Origin: a virus
Taxonomy: Duplodnaviria > Caudoviricetes
Virus record (IMG/VR): IMGVR_UViG_3300042275_000327
Location: 32,001-96,000 of that record
Strand: one strand, 5' to 3'
Length of the DNA stretch: 64,000 nucleotides
Shown piece by piece: positions 10,419 to 20,600 of this stretch; positions within the stretch are counted from its first letter, which is position 1; every line of letters starts with the position of its first letter. The notes under the pieces are model-generated. The model had not been told where the DNA came from, searched no databases, and was given only the letters and a program-made list of their open reading frames with translations. The translations under genes were made by a program, and so were the position numbers.

Positions 10419-11192
10419 TTAGTCTGTCTGTATGATAGACTTCATATTTTCTAATCTTGACTTCAGAGCACTCAAAGGAGCTCCAGAAGATTCTTGAGCA
10501 GGCATTGTTGGACCAGTTGGTGCTATATGATTATGGTCTAAGAGCTTTTCTAATATTTCCTTCAATGGACTAAATAGAACTGCAAAATCAGAAGCATTTC
10601 CAATTTCAAAACTTTCAACATTTGAAAATATCACCTTCTTACTTTCATTGTCAAATAGAAATGAGACATTAGAAAAGACAAACTGAATTGATCCATTTTC
10701 TAAAAAATCAATCTCAGACTCTAGATACTTCAGTTTCATTGTCCCATTAGACCTTATATGAATAAAAGATCCAGATGGAAATATAGTTCCTTGTTCTCCA
10801 GTTTCTGTATTGGTAAACTGAATTTTTCCGCTATTGTCTTTCAATAGTCTAGGTTGAGGATATGTCTGTTCTTCTAGATCTTCTATAGCATTCTGTACTT
10901 CTTCCAATAAAGACTCATAAGGATACTTTGGCTCTAAATATGGAACCTCATCTAGATAGTAGAAAGCTGTCCAGTCTTCTGATACTTCACAGTAGATAAA
11001 AGAATCTAACTCTGGTACTGAGTGTATGAAAGCTCCATTCTCTTTAGACATTCCAGAAATATCTCTGATAAGAGGTCTTGCCCAAGGAAGATCATCTACA
11101 GAATATGAGTTCATCTCAGGAAAAATTCTTACCTGAACTTTTCCCTTTAAATCTGGATCATTGTTGTCTATAACTAATGCTAATTTTTTCAT
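10419..11192 (-). CDS. Baseplate central spike (gp5 / gpV-like)
   Basis: N-terminal OB fold DNNDPDLKGKVQVRI...LPWA; C-terminal HxH (HNH) metal tip motif. Confidence 0.85.
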   Translation of the reverse strand: MKKLALVIDNNDPDLKGKVQVRIFPEMNSYSVDDLPWARPLIRDISGMSKENGAFIHSVPELDSFIYCEVSEDWTAFYYLDEVPYLEPKYPYESLLEEVQNAIEDLEEQTYPQPRLLKDNSGKIQFTNTETGEQGTIFPSGSFIHIRSNGTMKLKYLESEIDFLENGSIQFVFSNVSFLFDNESKKVIFSNVESFEIGNASDFAVLFSPLKEILEKLLDHNHIAPTGPTMPAQESSGAPLSALKSRLENMKSIIQTD

Positions 11193-12355
11193 CTCATTAA
11201 TTTCCCAGTCAATTTACTCTGTAGAGGATATTCTGTTTTCTGTCTTGAAAGAATCATTTGTGTATATCCTTTCATTTCTTTAGAATTCCAAGAATGCTTA
11301 GTCCCTTCAACTAGATATTTTCCAGAATAAGAAGCAGAAGTAGACTCACTCTCATAGTCAACATCCAATTCTACTGTAAGTCCTGCTCTTACAGATGTAT
11401 CTAGAAGAGTAGTAACAACAATCTTGTCAGTAAGAAAATTTTTCTTTTTGAGAAGATTGATTTTTATCTTTGCTTGTTCAATTGAGGTAGAAGAGCTGAA
11501 TTTGTCATTGAAAACTATATACTTCTGAGTATATAAGTCTAAAATATTCATTCTGGAGTTTATATTATCAACAAGTCTCTTCTCTTCTTTTTCTAATCCT
11601 AAGGAGCCAGACTCATCAAAGTAGAACAAATCAAAATTCAGATAGTCATGAATGTCTTCTAGTTTAGATGTGTATGGTCTGAAATCCAGAACTTTCTGAA
11701 CTTCTCTTATATCTTTTCTTCCTACTCTATAGACAAGAGTCTTAGAAGCAGACTTATCAAGCATACTAGAAAGAGTCTCATAATGAAATCTATTAGAAGA
11801 ATCTATAAAGCAATAGAAAGGCTCCTCTGAGTTCTCTGATGAACGAGAATTAGGAAGTAGTATAGTAGTAATGAAGTCTTTGAAGGATAGTCCTGGATTG
11901 TAATATGGGCTATCCTGTATTCTATTAGTTCTCTCTATAGAAAGGCTTTTGAACTTCTCATTCTGTACAATAGATCTGACTATCTCTGAAGGAACATCAG
12001 AGTAGGCTTTACTTTCAGAAGTGAATTTTGTAATAAATGAATGAATCAGATCAATCCCAATCTGTCCATTCATATATTGAGAATACTTCTGGTCTATTGT
12101 CTGAAAATTATTCACTACAAATGGAATTGTGACATCTTCATTATTATATCCAATTGTGAATACAAAATCAAGACCAAGAGTTCCTAGTCTGGACTCTAGA
12201 AATATTCCTGAAGAATCATTGAGAGACATCTTGGCTTTTGGATAGATAGAATAAATAGAATCCGACAATGAAAGATCTGCATCCCTTGCATCTAGAAAGG
12301 ATGAAGATCCATGAACTTCTAATTCTAATGTATAGAGGTCAGCAATTGAATTCAT
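11189..12355 (-). CDS. Baseplate hub protein (gp27-like)
   Basis: C-terminal SGKYLVEGTKHSW; position before spike. Confidence 0.7.
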   Translation of the reverse strand: MNSIADLYTLELEVHGSSSFLDARDADLSLSDSIYSIYPKAKMSLNDSSGIFLESRLGTLGLDFVFTIGYNNEDVTIPFVVNNFQTIDQKYSQYMNGQIGIDLIHSFITKFTSESKAYSDVPSEIVRSIVQNEKFKSLSIERTNRIQDSPYYNPGLSFKDFITTILLPNSRSSENSEEPFYCFIDSSNRFHYETLSSMLDKSASKTLVYRVGRKDIREVQKVLDFRPYTSKLEDIHDYLNFDLFYFDESGSLGLEKEEKRLVDNINSRMNILDLYTQKYIVFNDKFSSSTSIEQAKIKINLLKKKNFLTDKIVVTTLLDTSVRAGLTVELDVDYESESTSASYSGKYLVEGTKHSWNSKEMKGYTQMILSRQKTEYPLQSKLTGKLMR

Positions 12356-12672
12356 TCTTTGTCTACTTTATTCTTTATGAGGAATCTATCAAGATCTCTT
12401 TTACTAGGCAATAATATAGTTTCTCCTGGAGTGAGAATATGAACTGAACTTATTCCATTCATCCATAGTACAATATCATCATATTCAGAAGAACCATAGG
12501 ACTCATAACAAAGAAGATAGAATCTTTCCTTATATCTTTGAGTAATTGTTACCTCTTTTAGAGGATCATTGAAGACAAATTCTTTTATTGGAAAAGAAAG
12601 AACATCAGGATATTTGTCTCCCTTATCATTTGTCATATGGCTTTCTTTCATGGCTATATATCTAGATTTCAT
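12352..12672 (-). CDS. Baseplate wedge gp53 / LysM-like protein
   Basis: RFYLLCYESYGSSEYDDIVLWMNGI...PGETILLP; likely start MKSRY at 12672 (ATGA overlap), shorter than the ORF track call. Confidence 0.75.
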   Translation of the reverse strand: MKSRYIAMKESHMTNDKGDKYPDVLSFPIKEFVFNDPLKEVTITQRYKERFYLLCYESYGSSEYDDIVLWMNGISSVHILTPGETILLPSKRDLDRFLIKNKVDKE

Positions 12673-13304
12673 AGAAGACCCACCATGTCTTGTAACATCT
12701 CTACAGTAGCAGAGAATATAGTTGTGAAGGACAGTTCCATTGTTCCCCAAATAGGATATCCAAATTGATCAGTATGCTTAGAAAATGTTGGAACTGCTCT
12801 AGTGAGAATGATGTTAGAGATCTTGAAATTTCCAATATAACAGTGAATACTTTTGTGTTTTCCCAATCTAGAATCCTCAAAAGCAGACAAAACAGAAGGT
12901 CCTGGACCAACTAAAGATCCCTTAGCTCCTGTTTCTGTTGGGAGAACCATTTTTGTCAAAGCTATCATTGGATCAATTACTTCAGTCTTTGCATCATTCA
13001 GCATAGAAAATCGAATGCTCAGTGTTGTTGATAGAGGTTCAGTTCCTGTCCAAGTCTGAAATCCTAGTTGTTTCCATTCTCCTCCTATAAGTCCAGCAGC
13101 ACCAGAAGATCCAGTTGAGCTCAATACTCCAGCAATCATCTTGAAAGCTTTTGGAGAAGAAGACTCAGATAGAGAACTATAGCTAGAAGAAAAATTCAGA
13201 GTGAGATCTTCATTAAGAATCATTCTAGCATTTTCTGTTCCATCTATAGGACCTCCATCTTGTTGGAAGATAACTTGTTTTCCTTTAGAAATTGGTATGA
13301 TCAT
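12669..13304 (-). CDS. Tail tube initiator (gp48-like)
   Basis: WTGTEPL...F, GYPIWG motifs; position after tape measure. Confidence 0.6.
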   Translation of the reverse strand: MIIPISKGKQVIFQQDGGPIDGTENARMILNEDLTLNFSSSYSSLSESSSPKAFKMIAGVLSSTGSSGAAGLIGGEWKQLGFQTWTGTEPLSTTLSIRFSMLNDAKTEVIDPMIALTKMVLPTETGAKGSLVGPGPSVLSAFEDSRLGKHKSIHCYIGNFKISNIILTRAVPTFSKHTDQFGYPIWGTMELSFTTIFSATVEMLQDMVGLL

Positions 13305-13307
13305 TTA

Positions 13308-15911
13308 TTACCTCAATAGCTCGAAATCTAATTTTCCTGGCATTCTCAATTCTGTTATAGAAGGAGCCATCTCTTTATCCTTAAGAGTGTCTAAAATGGA
13401 AGAAAGAAGAGTAACCATCTTATTGAAAGCTGGATTGTCAGAAATTTCAATAGGAGTTTGAATTGCTGTCACTTCTTTAGCTGTAGACTTATAAGATTCT
13501 GAATACGGATTGAAAGAAAGTTTTGCTGCTTGTTTATTCTCATTTAACAGAATAGGAGAATTCTGAGTGGCTACAATAGAATCTTCAGGATGAGTCCTAA
13601 TAATTTGTCCATCTTTATAGATAATAGCATCATCTACAGGAGAAGTTAATCCCTTAAAGGAATCCTTGAAAAAATCTTTGAAGAAAGCCCCAGTCTTCTT
13701 AAAGAATCCTTCATCTTCTTTAGACTGAGTTTCTTTAATAGGCTGCTCTGTACCATAGTAAGAAGAATACTTATCAATTATTCCCTGATTAGTCCCAACA
13801 GTTTCAGGAACAGGAAGACTTTTTTTAGCATAGTCTGCATTTGTATAATATGCTGCTTCATCAGGAGTAGGATTTTTAGATCCTTTCAGCTCTTGGTCTT
13901 TTCCAAGTCCTACAAATTGAAGACCTTTCTGAAGAAATCCTGGAAGGATACTCCATATCCATTCTCCAATACTATCAGCTATATTTGTAAACCAGCTTGT
14001 GAACTTTTCAGACAGATCTTGAAATATCTTATTGTCTTTCATTCCATCAATCCATCCTTTTACAATATTGAATGGACCATCAAGAACTCCTAATATAAGT
14101 TCTCTTACTACTCCTAAAACTTTTTTCCATAAACTCTTGTCTTCATCAAAGGCAATTTCAGATATATTCTCAAATCGAGTTTTCCAACCTGAGAAAAATC
14201 CTGTAATCCCACCAACAATAGGATCTATAATCAGACTGAACCATTCTCCTATCTTGGTTTTGAATATCTCATATTTAGCATCCCACTCATCATTGAGAAA
14301 TAATTTTATTGTTGCATCAGCACCAATAAGAATTCCATCAGTGAAAGAGACTATTCTATCTACTATTCCACCTATGATCTCTTTTCCTATAGAGCCTATT
14401 TTCTGCCAAACAGTTAGCTCATCATCCCCAAGAATATCAGACATAGTAGTCCATCTAGACCCAAAAAATGATGATAAACCACCTTTTACAAAATTATATG
14501 GAACTTCTACAATTCCTAGGATGATCTCCTTTCCTATAGAACCTGTTTTCTGCCAGAAAGTCAATTCATCATCTCCTAGAATCTCTTTGATACTATTGAA
14601 TCTGAAAGTAATGCCAGAAAACACTGAGCTAAATCCATCAATCAGAGGACCAAATAGAGATCTTCCTATCTGAATTACAGAAGTCTTAATTAGTTCTATA
14701 TCCTCAGTATTCTCATTTAGCCATGTCTTCACATTTGCAAGTTGTTCTTTAAACCAGTCTCCAACTCCTTGGAAAAACTGAGCTATATTTTCTCCTCCAA
14801 TCCAGCCTAGAACTCCGCCTAAGACAGCACCAGCTAATCCTCCAGCAAGAGCACCAATAGGTCCACCTGTGAGCATTCCAACACCAGCACCTGTCATTGC
14901 AAATTTTCCAGCATTCTTGAAGGCATCCTTTATGTCTCCACCTTCTCCAGTTCCTCCAAAAAATCCTCCAAGACTAGCAGAAATCTTAGATACTCCCCAG
15001 TTATCTGCTTCTCCCACAGCAATAATTCCATCAATTACTCCCCAAAGAATCCCTCCTGCAAGAGAGGCAATCCCAGCTCCTTTCAACAAAGCTGGTCCAA
15101 GACCTCTAACAGTTGAAGAAGCTAGGCTTCCTGCAGCAAAGTCACCTAGACCAGAGTCTTCACCTGAAACTCCTTTTCTTCCTAGAAGTTTATTGATAGA
15201 CTCAGAGATAAAGACAGCAGCAGATCCTATTAGGCCTGCTCTTTTTAAATTATCTGCTCTAGCAGGAACTTTCTTTTGTAGAAATTCTCCAGCATCTTCT
15301 TCTTTTTCTTTTCTTTTGAAAATCTTTGAAAATCCACCCTTGATCATATCATTCACCTTGATACCAAGTAGATCTTCAAGAGGAGAAGTGATAACACTAA
15401 ACATACCAAGAGAAGAATTCAGTAGAGAGTCTGTGATAGAGCTAACAGAAGACTTGAAAGTATCAACCATCTTGGAGGGTTCTTTAGAACTTTTTGAGAA
15501 CTCTTCTACTGCTTCTTGTATGTCTTCTGTATTCTTTGACATCTCAATGTAGGCTTTTACATTGCTGATTTGCTCATCAGACAGAGAGGAAGAACTAGTA
15601 AATCCTTCAAGTTGCCCAGCAATATTCTTTGAAGCTTCTAGGAATTTCTTAGATGTCATCTCTATAGACTCATCATAGACTTTAAGAGATTTCTCAATCA
15701 CTTCTCTAGACAGTCCAAAAGACTCTGCTGCTTCCTCTCTAGTATCCCTTTCTCTCTGAAGATCCAAAACCTGCTTTTTTGAAGCTTTCAATTCTTCTTG
15801 ATAAGAAAGAACTTTACTTTTTTCAGACTCAGACAGATTTTCTATCAAATCAGATAGAAGATTTTCTAGAGGACTTTCGCTTTTTGTTACACCTGAAGGA
15901 ATTCCTGCCAT
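13308..15911 (-). CDS. Tape measure-like protein
   Basis: Helical N-terminus, Gly-zipper segment, Trp/Phe periodic repeats (LGDDELTxWQKxGSIGKEII). Confidence 0.75.
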   Translation of the reverse strand: MAGIPSGVTKSESPLENLLSDLIENLSESEKSKVLSYQEELKASKKQVLDLQRERDTREEAAESFGLSREVIEKSLKVYDESIEMTSKKFLEASKNIAGQLEGFTSSSSLSDEQISNVKAYIEMSKNTEDIQEAVEEFSKSSKEPSKMVDTFKSSVSSITDSLLNSSLGMFSVITSPLEDLLGIKVNDMIKGGFSKIFKRKEKEEDAGEFLQKKVPARADNLKRAGLIGSAAVFISESINKLLGRKGVSGEDSGLGDFAAGSLASSTVRGLGPALLKGAGIASLAGGILWGVIDGIIAVGEADNWGVSKISASLGGFFGGTGEGGDIKDAFKNAGKFAMTGAGVGMLTGGPIGALAGGLAGAVLGGVLGWIGGENIAQFFQGVGDWFKEQLANVKTWLNENTEDIELIKTSVIQIGRSLFGPLIDGFSSVFSGITFRFNSIKEILGDDELTFWQKTGSIGKEIILGIVEVPYNFVKGGLSSFFGSRWTTMSDILGDDELTVWQKIGSIGKEIIGGIVDRIVSFTDGILIGADATIKLFLNDEWDAKYEIFKTKIGEWFSLIIDPIVGGITGFFSGWKTRFENISEIAFDEDKSLWKKVLGVVRELILGVLDGPFNIVKGWIDGMKDNKIFQDLSEKFTSWFTNIADSIGEWIWSILPGFLQKGLQFVGLGKDQELKGSKNPTPDEAAYYTNADYAKKSLPVPETVGTNQGIIDKYSSYYGTEQPIKETQSKEDEGFFKKTGAFFKDFFKDSFKGLTSPVDDAIIYKDGQIIRTHPEDSIVATQNSPILLNENKQAAKLSFNPYSESYKSTAKEVTAIQTPIEISDNPAFNKMVTLLSSILDTLKDKEMAPSITELRMPGKLDFELLR

Positions 15912-15918
15912 TTATATA

Positions 15919-16117
15919 TTATCCTTTTGTTCCTAATAGAGGACATATCATTGGATGCTTTTTCTTATAATCATTCAATCGTTTTACTTGCATGATGATC
16001 TCATGTCCTCTAAATTCATATAGATCTCTTTTAGACCAAGACATTTCTTTACCCAAAAGAAATATCAAATCCTGAATCGTCTGTTTGTTCCAGGGTCGAT
16101 AAGAAATGAAATGTTCG
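15919..16117 (-). CDS. Tail assembly chaperone C-terminal extension (gp51 / T-like), probably reached by +1 frameshift
   Basis: Overlaps the preceding gene in the +1 frame; no good start; QDLIFLLGKEMSWSKRDLYEF; sits just upstream of tape measure. Confidence 0.55.
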
Positions 16118-16996
16118 AAAATCAAACCTCCGGATAATGGTCTTCTTAAGCTCTTCACTGTAGAACTCTACTTCTGGATCAATTCCAAATGTAAAGTGTT
16201 CTTTCACAATCTCTTGGTATTTCTTCAATAGAGAAAGACTCAGGTTTGGAAGAACTTCTAGTTTTTCTTCTACAGTCTCTAATTTCTTTCCATTATAAGA
16301 ATCAATCAGAAGAGCTTGGTTGATTGATAAGAAATCAGAAGATCTTCTCTTTTGATAGTCTTTGTACTTATCAAATTCTTCTACAGTCTGAGTTCCCTTA
16401 CTCACTTTCTTCTTGATTTCTGAGAGGTCATTCTCCTCTTGAGAATATTTCATTTCTACTAATTTATAAGCAATGATCTCATTCTTCACCTTAGGAAGAA
16501 CAAATTTCACTTCTGCTCCCTGATACTTTATAGTAATAGGAAGATTCACTTTCTCTTCTAAAGAAGTTGTCTTTATCTGACTGAAAGGAATAATTGCTTT
16601 CCCAATATTTTCTTTAGTTCTTAGATCTTTTCTATCTAAATCTGGATTCAGATAATATGGCATATCTTCTAATTTAGGAGAATACCATGTACCAAGAATA
16701 GTCATGAGAATTTCTAGTACATCATTCTTATGAAGATCACCTGCATCTATGTCCTCAAATATGACAGAGTTGAGAACCTGGACAATCACTTCTGTCTCAT
16801 TGTTTTCATCAATGTCAGCAATTGCTAGAGCTTCTTCAAAAGAATAGTCTCTAATATGCAAAATGCTAGGAATGCCAAGCTTTCCAACTGAAGACAACTT
16901 TATAGGAATGTATCCTGCTGGTACCAGTTTTGTCTGTGACTCTTTCACTTCTTCTTTCTTAAAAAATAAATCGTTTGCTTTTAAATCTTTTTCCAT
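16049..16996 (-). CDS. Baseplate hub / tail assembly chaperone (gp26-like)
   Basis: PIKLSSVGK...IRDYSFEE...DLHKND; position between tube and tape measure. Confidence 0.65.
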   Translation of the reverse strand: MEKDLKANDLFFKKEEVKESQTKLVPAGYIPIKLSSVGKLGIPSILHIRDYSFEEALAIADIDENNETEVIVQVLNSVIFEDIDAGDLHKNDVLEILMTILGTWYSPKLEDMPYYLNPDLDRKDLRTKENIGKAIIPFSQIKTTSLEEKVNLPITIKYQGAEVKFVLPKVKNEIIAYKLVEMKYSQEENDLSEIKKKVSKGTQTVEEFDKYKDYQKRRSSDFLSINQALLIDSYNGKKLETVEEKLEVLPNLSLSLLKKYQEIVKEHFTFGIDPEVEFYSEELKKTIIRRFDFRTFHFLSTLEQTDDSGFDISFG

Positions 16997-17010
16997 CTTA
17001 ATTTCTCCCT

Positions 17011-17796
17011 TTAGATGTTTCTCAAAATATTTCTATAATTCTCTCTACTCGTAGAGTATCTCAAATCAGCATCATAGAATCTATCTGCTGTAAAATTCAC
17101 ATTCCAAACAAGTTGTTCTCCATCATCATAAGTCAATGCTGTTTCTTCCAAACCAAGAATTCTCACATTTTCAAATACAAATGTCTTTGTAGTAACTTCT
17201 TCTATCATATCTCCAAAGTCAGGCATAATAGAATTTAGTCCATTTTGGACTTTAGAAGAAAGAATAGATCCACCTTGTGAAGCTAATCTACTCAGAGGAA
17301 AAGGAAGAGCAGCACTGGCTTCTTTCTTAGCTTTTTGTATAAGAGTTTGACTTGTGATTGCTTGTAGATTCTTTACTTTTTCTGTTATGTATTTCTCAGA
17401 AAACAATCGATAAGCTGAAGGATCCATTTTGTATGAATAAAATTGTATTGTTGCTTGCTTAGTCTTTGGCTCTGAACTAGAAATAAAATTTCCATTTACA
17501 GAATCAAAAACTTTATTCATCCAATTCTTGAAATATTCATATACTGAGAATTCTGTATTTTCTCTTATAGTTATTGAAAAAGTAGAGGGCATTGTATATC
17601 CAGTATAGAAATTCTCTCCAGTAGGATAAGACTCTGTTTCTAGCTGAGTGAAAAAAGGAAGATTTGTAGATATAACATTATATTTACTAATTGTGTAGAC
17701 AGATTCGTCCCAGTCTTCTAGGTAGAAATCCCAGAGATTGTTGAATTGAGGTGGTCTTGTATAAGAGTACTGTAATTGGTCTATATTTCCCATCAT
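17011..17796 (-). CDS. Tail tube-like protein (gp54-like)
   Basis: FSITIRE...YFKNWMNKV and LTYDDGEQLVWNVNF resemble the adjacent tube protein. Confidence 0.65.
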   Translation of the reverse strand: MMGNIDQLQYSYTRPPQFNNLWDFYLEDWDESVYTISKYNVISTNLPFFTQLETESYPTGENFYTGYTMPSTFSITIRENTEFSVYEYFKNWMNKVFDSVNGNFISSSEPKTKQATIQFYSYKMDPSAYRLFSEKYITEKVKNLQAITSQTLIQKAKKEASAALPFPLSRLASQGGSILSSKVQNGLNSIMPDFGDMIEEVTTKTFVFENVRILGLEETALTYDDGEQLVWNVNFTADRFYDADLRYSTSRENYRNILRNI

Positions 17797-17797
17797 A

Positions 17798-17810
17798 TAA
17801 TAAAATAGTT
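17798..17810 (-). promoter_or_regulatory. Late promoter motif copy
   Basis: Minus strand AACTATTTTATTA. Confidence 0.65.
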
Positions 17811-17821
17811 GTTTATTTCGT

Positions 17822-17858
17822 AAAATCTCCAGCCCAATACTATCAGGCTGGAGAAAAG
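17822..17858 (-). terminator. Intrinsic terminator after tail tube gene
   Basis: 9-bp stem TCTCCAGCC/GGCTGGAGA flanked by A/T tracts. Confidence 0.65.
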
Positions 17859-17917
17859 GGAGGTAGGGAGAAAACCTTCTGCTGATTTTGAAGTCAGCAT
17901 AAATTTTTTAATTAGTT

Positions 17918-18451
17918 CTAAGCTTCTGATCCAGGAATACACTTCACAAAAGAAAGTGTAACTGAGACATTCAATACTTCTCCAGTACTTGTCTGATCAA
18001 AAGATACACTACCTAGATTCTTGATCCAAGCATTTGTAAACTTCCAGCCTTTATAAGTGACAGTACCATTAGAATCCATAGGAAATACTGAGAAGTTTGT
18101 TCTCAAAGAAGACGAGGCAGTAAGAGGACTTACATCTTCTGCTACTGCTCCAGTATCATCATTTCCTATCAACTGTTTCCAGGTCATTAGCTCATCATAG
18201 ATAGTCCAATATTTATCTACTCTGAATGTGAATGTGAATTCTTTTGGAGTAGTAATATTTCCTTTTGGTTTTTCAAATTCCTGAGTCTTGTAATGAACAA
18301 CATAAGAGTCTTGAGAAAACTCAGGAATATCAAAATTAGAAATTCTAAATTGGAGTGCTTCTGCATTTGCCATGAAAGAAAGAGGTTCAAATACAATCAT
18401 TCCTTCATTATCTACTGCATCATCACCCATCTTAAAGGCAATATCAAGCAT
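17918..18451 (-). CDS. Tail tube protein (gp19-like)
   Basis: FTFTFRVDKYWTIY...W, WKFTNAWIKNLGSVSFD; directly after sheath. Confidence 0.8.
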   Translation of the reverse strand: MLDIAFKMGDDAVDNEGMIVFEPLSFMANAEALQFRISNFDIPEFSQDSYVVHYKTQEFEKPKGNITTPKEFTFTFRVDKYWTIYDELMTWKQLIGNDDTGAVAEDVSPLTASSSLRTNFSVFPMDSNGTVTYKGWKFTNAWIKNLGSVSFDQTSTGEVLNVSVTLSFVKCIPGSEA

Positions 18452-18675
18452 TATTTCTTCCCCTTTTTCTTCTCTTCCATATCATCCTCAGAGTCATCGT
18501 CGTCTTCTTTCTCTTCAGGATCTTCTTTGTCTTCTTCGTCATCAGATTCTTTCTTCTTAGCTTCGAAAACCTCGATCTTATCACCTTTTTCAAGAATGAT
18601 ATTAGTCCCAGGAATCCTCACTTCTTCTTCAATGACCAAGATAGTTCCTTCTTCTTTCTTTTCTTCTATACGCAT
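18451..18675 (-). CDS. Small acidic protein carrying EKGDKI motif
   Basis: AGGAG RBS; IEEEVRIPGTNIILEKGDKIEV followed by D/E/K low-complexity tail. Confidence 0.75.
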   Translation of the reverse strand: MRIEEKKEEGTILVIEEEVRIPGTNIILEKGDKIEVFEAKKKESDDEEDKEDPEEKEDDDDSEDDMEEKKKGKK

Positions 18676-18688
18676 TTTCTATTTCTCC

Positions 18689-20542
18689 TTATTCAAACAT
18701 TTCTTCTACAGATGAAGTTTGTGGTGTATTGATAAAAGTAAACACAAGAGTTCTAGATTTCGGAGTAACTTTTACACTCACATCCAACCTGAATTCCTCT
18801 CTTGCTCTTACTTCATCATTGTTGTTTTCGCTATCACATTTTACATAATATGAATCTATCACATTCAGAGGAGCAACTGTCATAGGCTGAAGAATAGACT
18901 CAGTCTTAGTTCTGACAATGTTTCTATGGATTGTATCATTCAGTTTTACAATCTGATACGGAAGAACTTGAGAAGTAATATTTTTCAGAATGTAATCAGC
19001 AATCATAGAATAATCACTGAATGAGTAATCACTAAGTTCAGCAAGAGAGGTTCTTCTTGAAACAATCATAGCTCCATAAGATGGATCATATACAATAGGA
19101 TTGATCCTAGCTTCGTCCATAAGTTGAAGATTTGCTTCAGAAGGATCATAGATCGATCTTATATATCTTCCACTTGTCAGCTGTCCACCAACTCCATTCT
19201 CATTGATCCAAGCTACAGACAAACCACCAAAGGCATTTACCCAAGAGTCTGCATAGTTTTTAGCAATCTCTCCCATAGGAGTCCAGACAACATTTCCTTT
19301 CTTACTATAGAGATTGTTCATCTCAAACCATCCCCAGAAATAACTGAATCCTCTATCCTGAACTCCAAGAGAAGTCTCAATAGTTGTTGATTCATCAGCA
19401 TTTGCCATTGGGAGTAAGAATCTAGAATATTTCTGATAAGTATCTCTTAATTCTTTCATCAAAGTAGGAACATCTGAATCTAGAGTAGCATCAAAGAATA
19501 CATCTGCATAATAGGTTCTGAAAGATTTAAAATAGTTGTATCCAGTTGTCACATCAAGATCAGAGATATCTCTACTTCCACCTGAAAGAGTTACATAAGA
19601 AGTTCCTTCCTCAAATGTAGTGAAATCAGCTCCACCTTCTACATGAGCAATGAAGAAATCATGATTTTTAAAAACTGTTGAAGTATCAATTATCTGTCCA
19701 AATCCATTAGTTGCTCCAGGAACAATACTAAATTCAATAGGAGAATTATTATTTGCATTATAAGTTCCATATGAATTCTTATTCTGGAAATACAGCTTGA
19801 AAGCTCCTGCTCCTTCAGATTCTACCATTGCCTTGATGTAAGCACTTCCAGCACCAACTGTAGTGAGCATACAATAATAGTCAGATAGATCTAGAGTGAA
19901 TTGAACAGTAATATCATCTGTAGTTTCTACTGCAAATTCAGTATCAAAAGTGATCTGAACAACACCAGTAGCACTATCATAAATATTTGTTTCGATAGCA
20001 TCAAGAGGAGTTCCAGTGAAAGTATCTTCTGTATTAGTGATTCCTTCTATAGCAACACCATTCTGAAGAATCTGCATTGACTCAACCACATACTCATCAG
20101 CCCAAGAATCAGTCTGACCAGAATAAGCTTTGGTGCCTTCAACAGAAGTAAGCTTCTTGTAAAAAGTAACAGAGCTCAAATCTGTTACAGGATTAATTCC
20201 TTTGAATCCATCAGTCACTGCTCTATAGCCTGGAGTTGCAGGATCACCAGAAGATCCAGGACCTATCAGTAAAGCTGAATGATATCCATCAAGGGATGGA
20301 GAAGATATCCAAATAGGATATGATTTGTTATATTCAATTGCTTCCAATAGATCAGGATTGTTTTTTGTAGGCTCTCCTAATAGACTTAGAATCCTCTGAG
20401 TTTCTCCCTTAGCAAAGAGAACAGGCTTCTCTAAGCTTCTTTCAGCTCTGACAACAGTAGCTCCTGTTCCAGTGCCTGCAGATGGAAGAGACTTCTGGCT
20501 TCTATTATCTAGAATTGTTGATATTCGCCATGAATTTGACAT
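18689..20542 (-). CDS. Tail sheath protein (gp18-like)
   Basis: RINPI, VKCDSENN, VSVKVTP C-terminal sheath motifs. Confidence 0.9.
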   Translation of the reverse strand: MSNSWRISTILDNRSQKSLPSAGTGTGATVVRAERSLEKPVLFAKGETQRILSLLGEPTKNNPDLLEAIEYNKSYPIWISSPSLDGYHSALLIGPGSSGDPATPGYRAVTDGFKGINPVTDLSSVTFYKKLTSVEGTKAYSGQTDSWADEYVVESMQILQNGVAIEGITNTEDTFTGTPLDAIETNIYDSATGVVQITFDTEFAVETTDDITVQFTLDLSDYYCMLTTVGAGSAYIKAMVESEGAGAFKLYFQNKNSYGTYNANNNSPIEFSIVPGATNGFGQIIDTSTVFKNHDFFIAHVEGGADFTTFEEGTSYVTLSGGSRDISDLDVTTGYNYFKSFRTYYADVFFDATLDSDVPTLMKELRDTYQKYSRFLLPMANADESTTIETSLGVQDRGFSYFWGWFEMNNLYSKKGNVVWTPMGEIAKNYADSWVNAFGGLSVAWINENGVGGQLTSGRYIRSIYDPSEANLQLMDEARINPIVYDPSYGAMIVSRRTSLAELSDYSFSDYSMIADYILKNITSQVLPYQIVKLNDTIHRNIVRTKTESILQPMTVAPLNVIDSYYVKCDSENNNDEVRAREEFRLDVSVKVTPKSRTLVFTFINTPQTSSVEEMFE

Positions 20543-20580
20543 ACTATTTTAGTCTCCTTCGAAATTTAATTCGGTCTTTA

Positions 20581-20593
20581 TAATTAAATAGTT
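20581..20593 (-). promoter_or_regulatory. Late promoter motif copy (sheath-tube operon)
   Basis: Minus strand AACTATTTAATTA. Confidence 0.65.
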
Positions 20594-20600
20594 ATACGAA

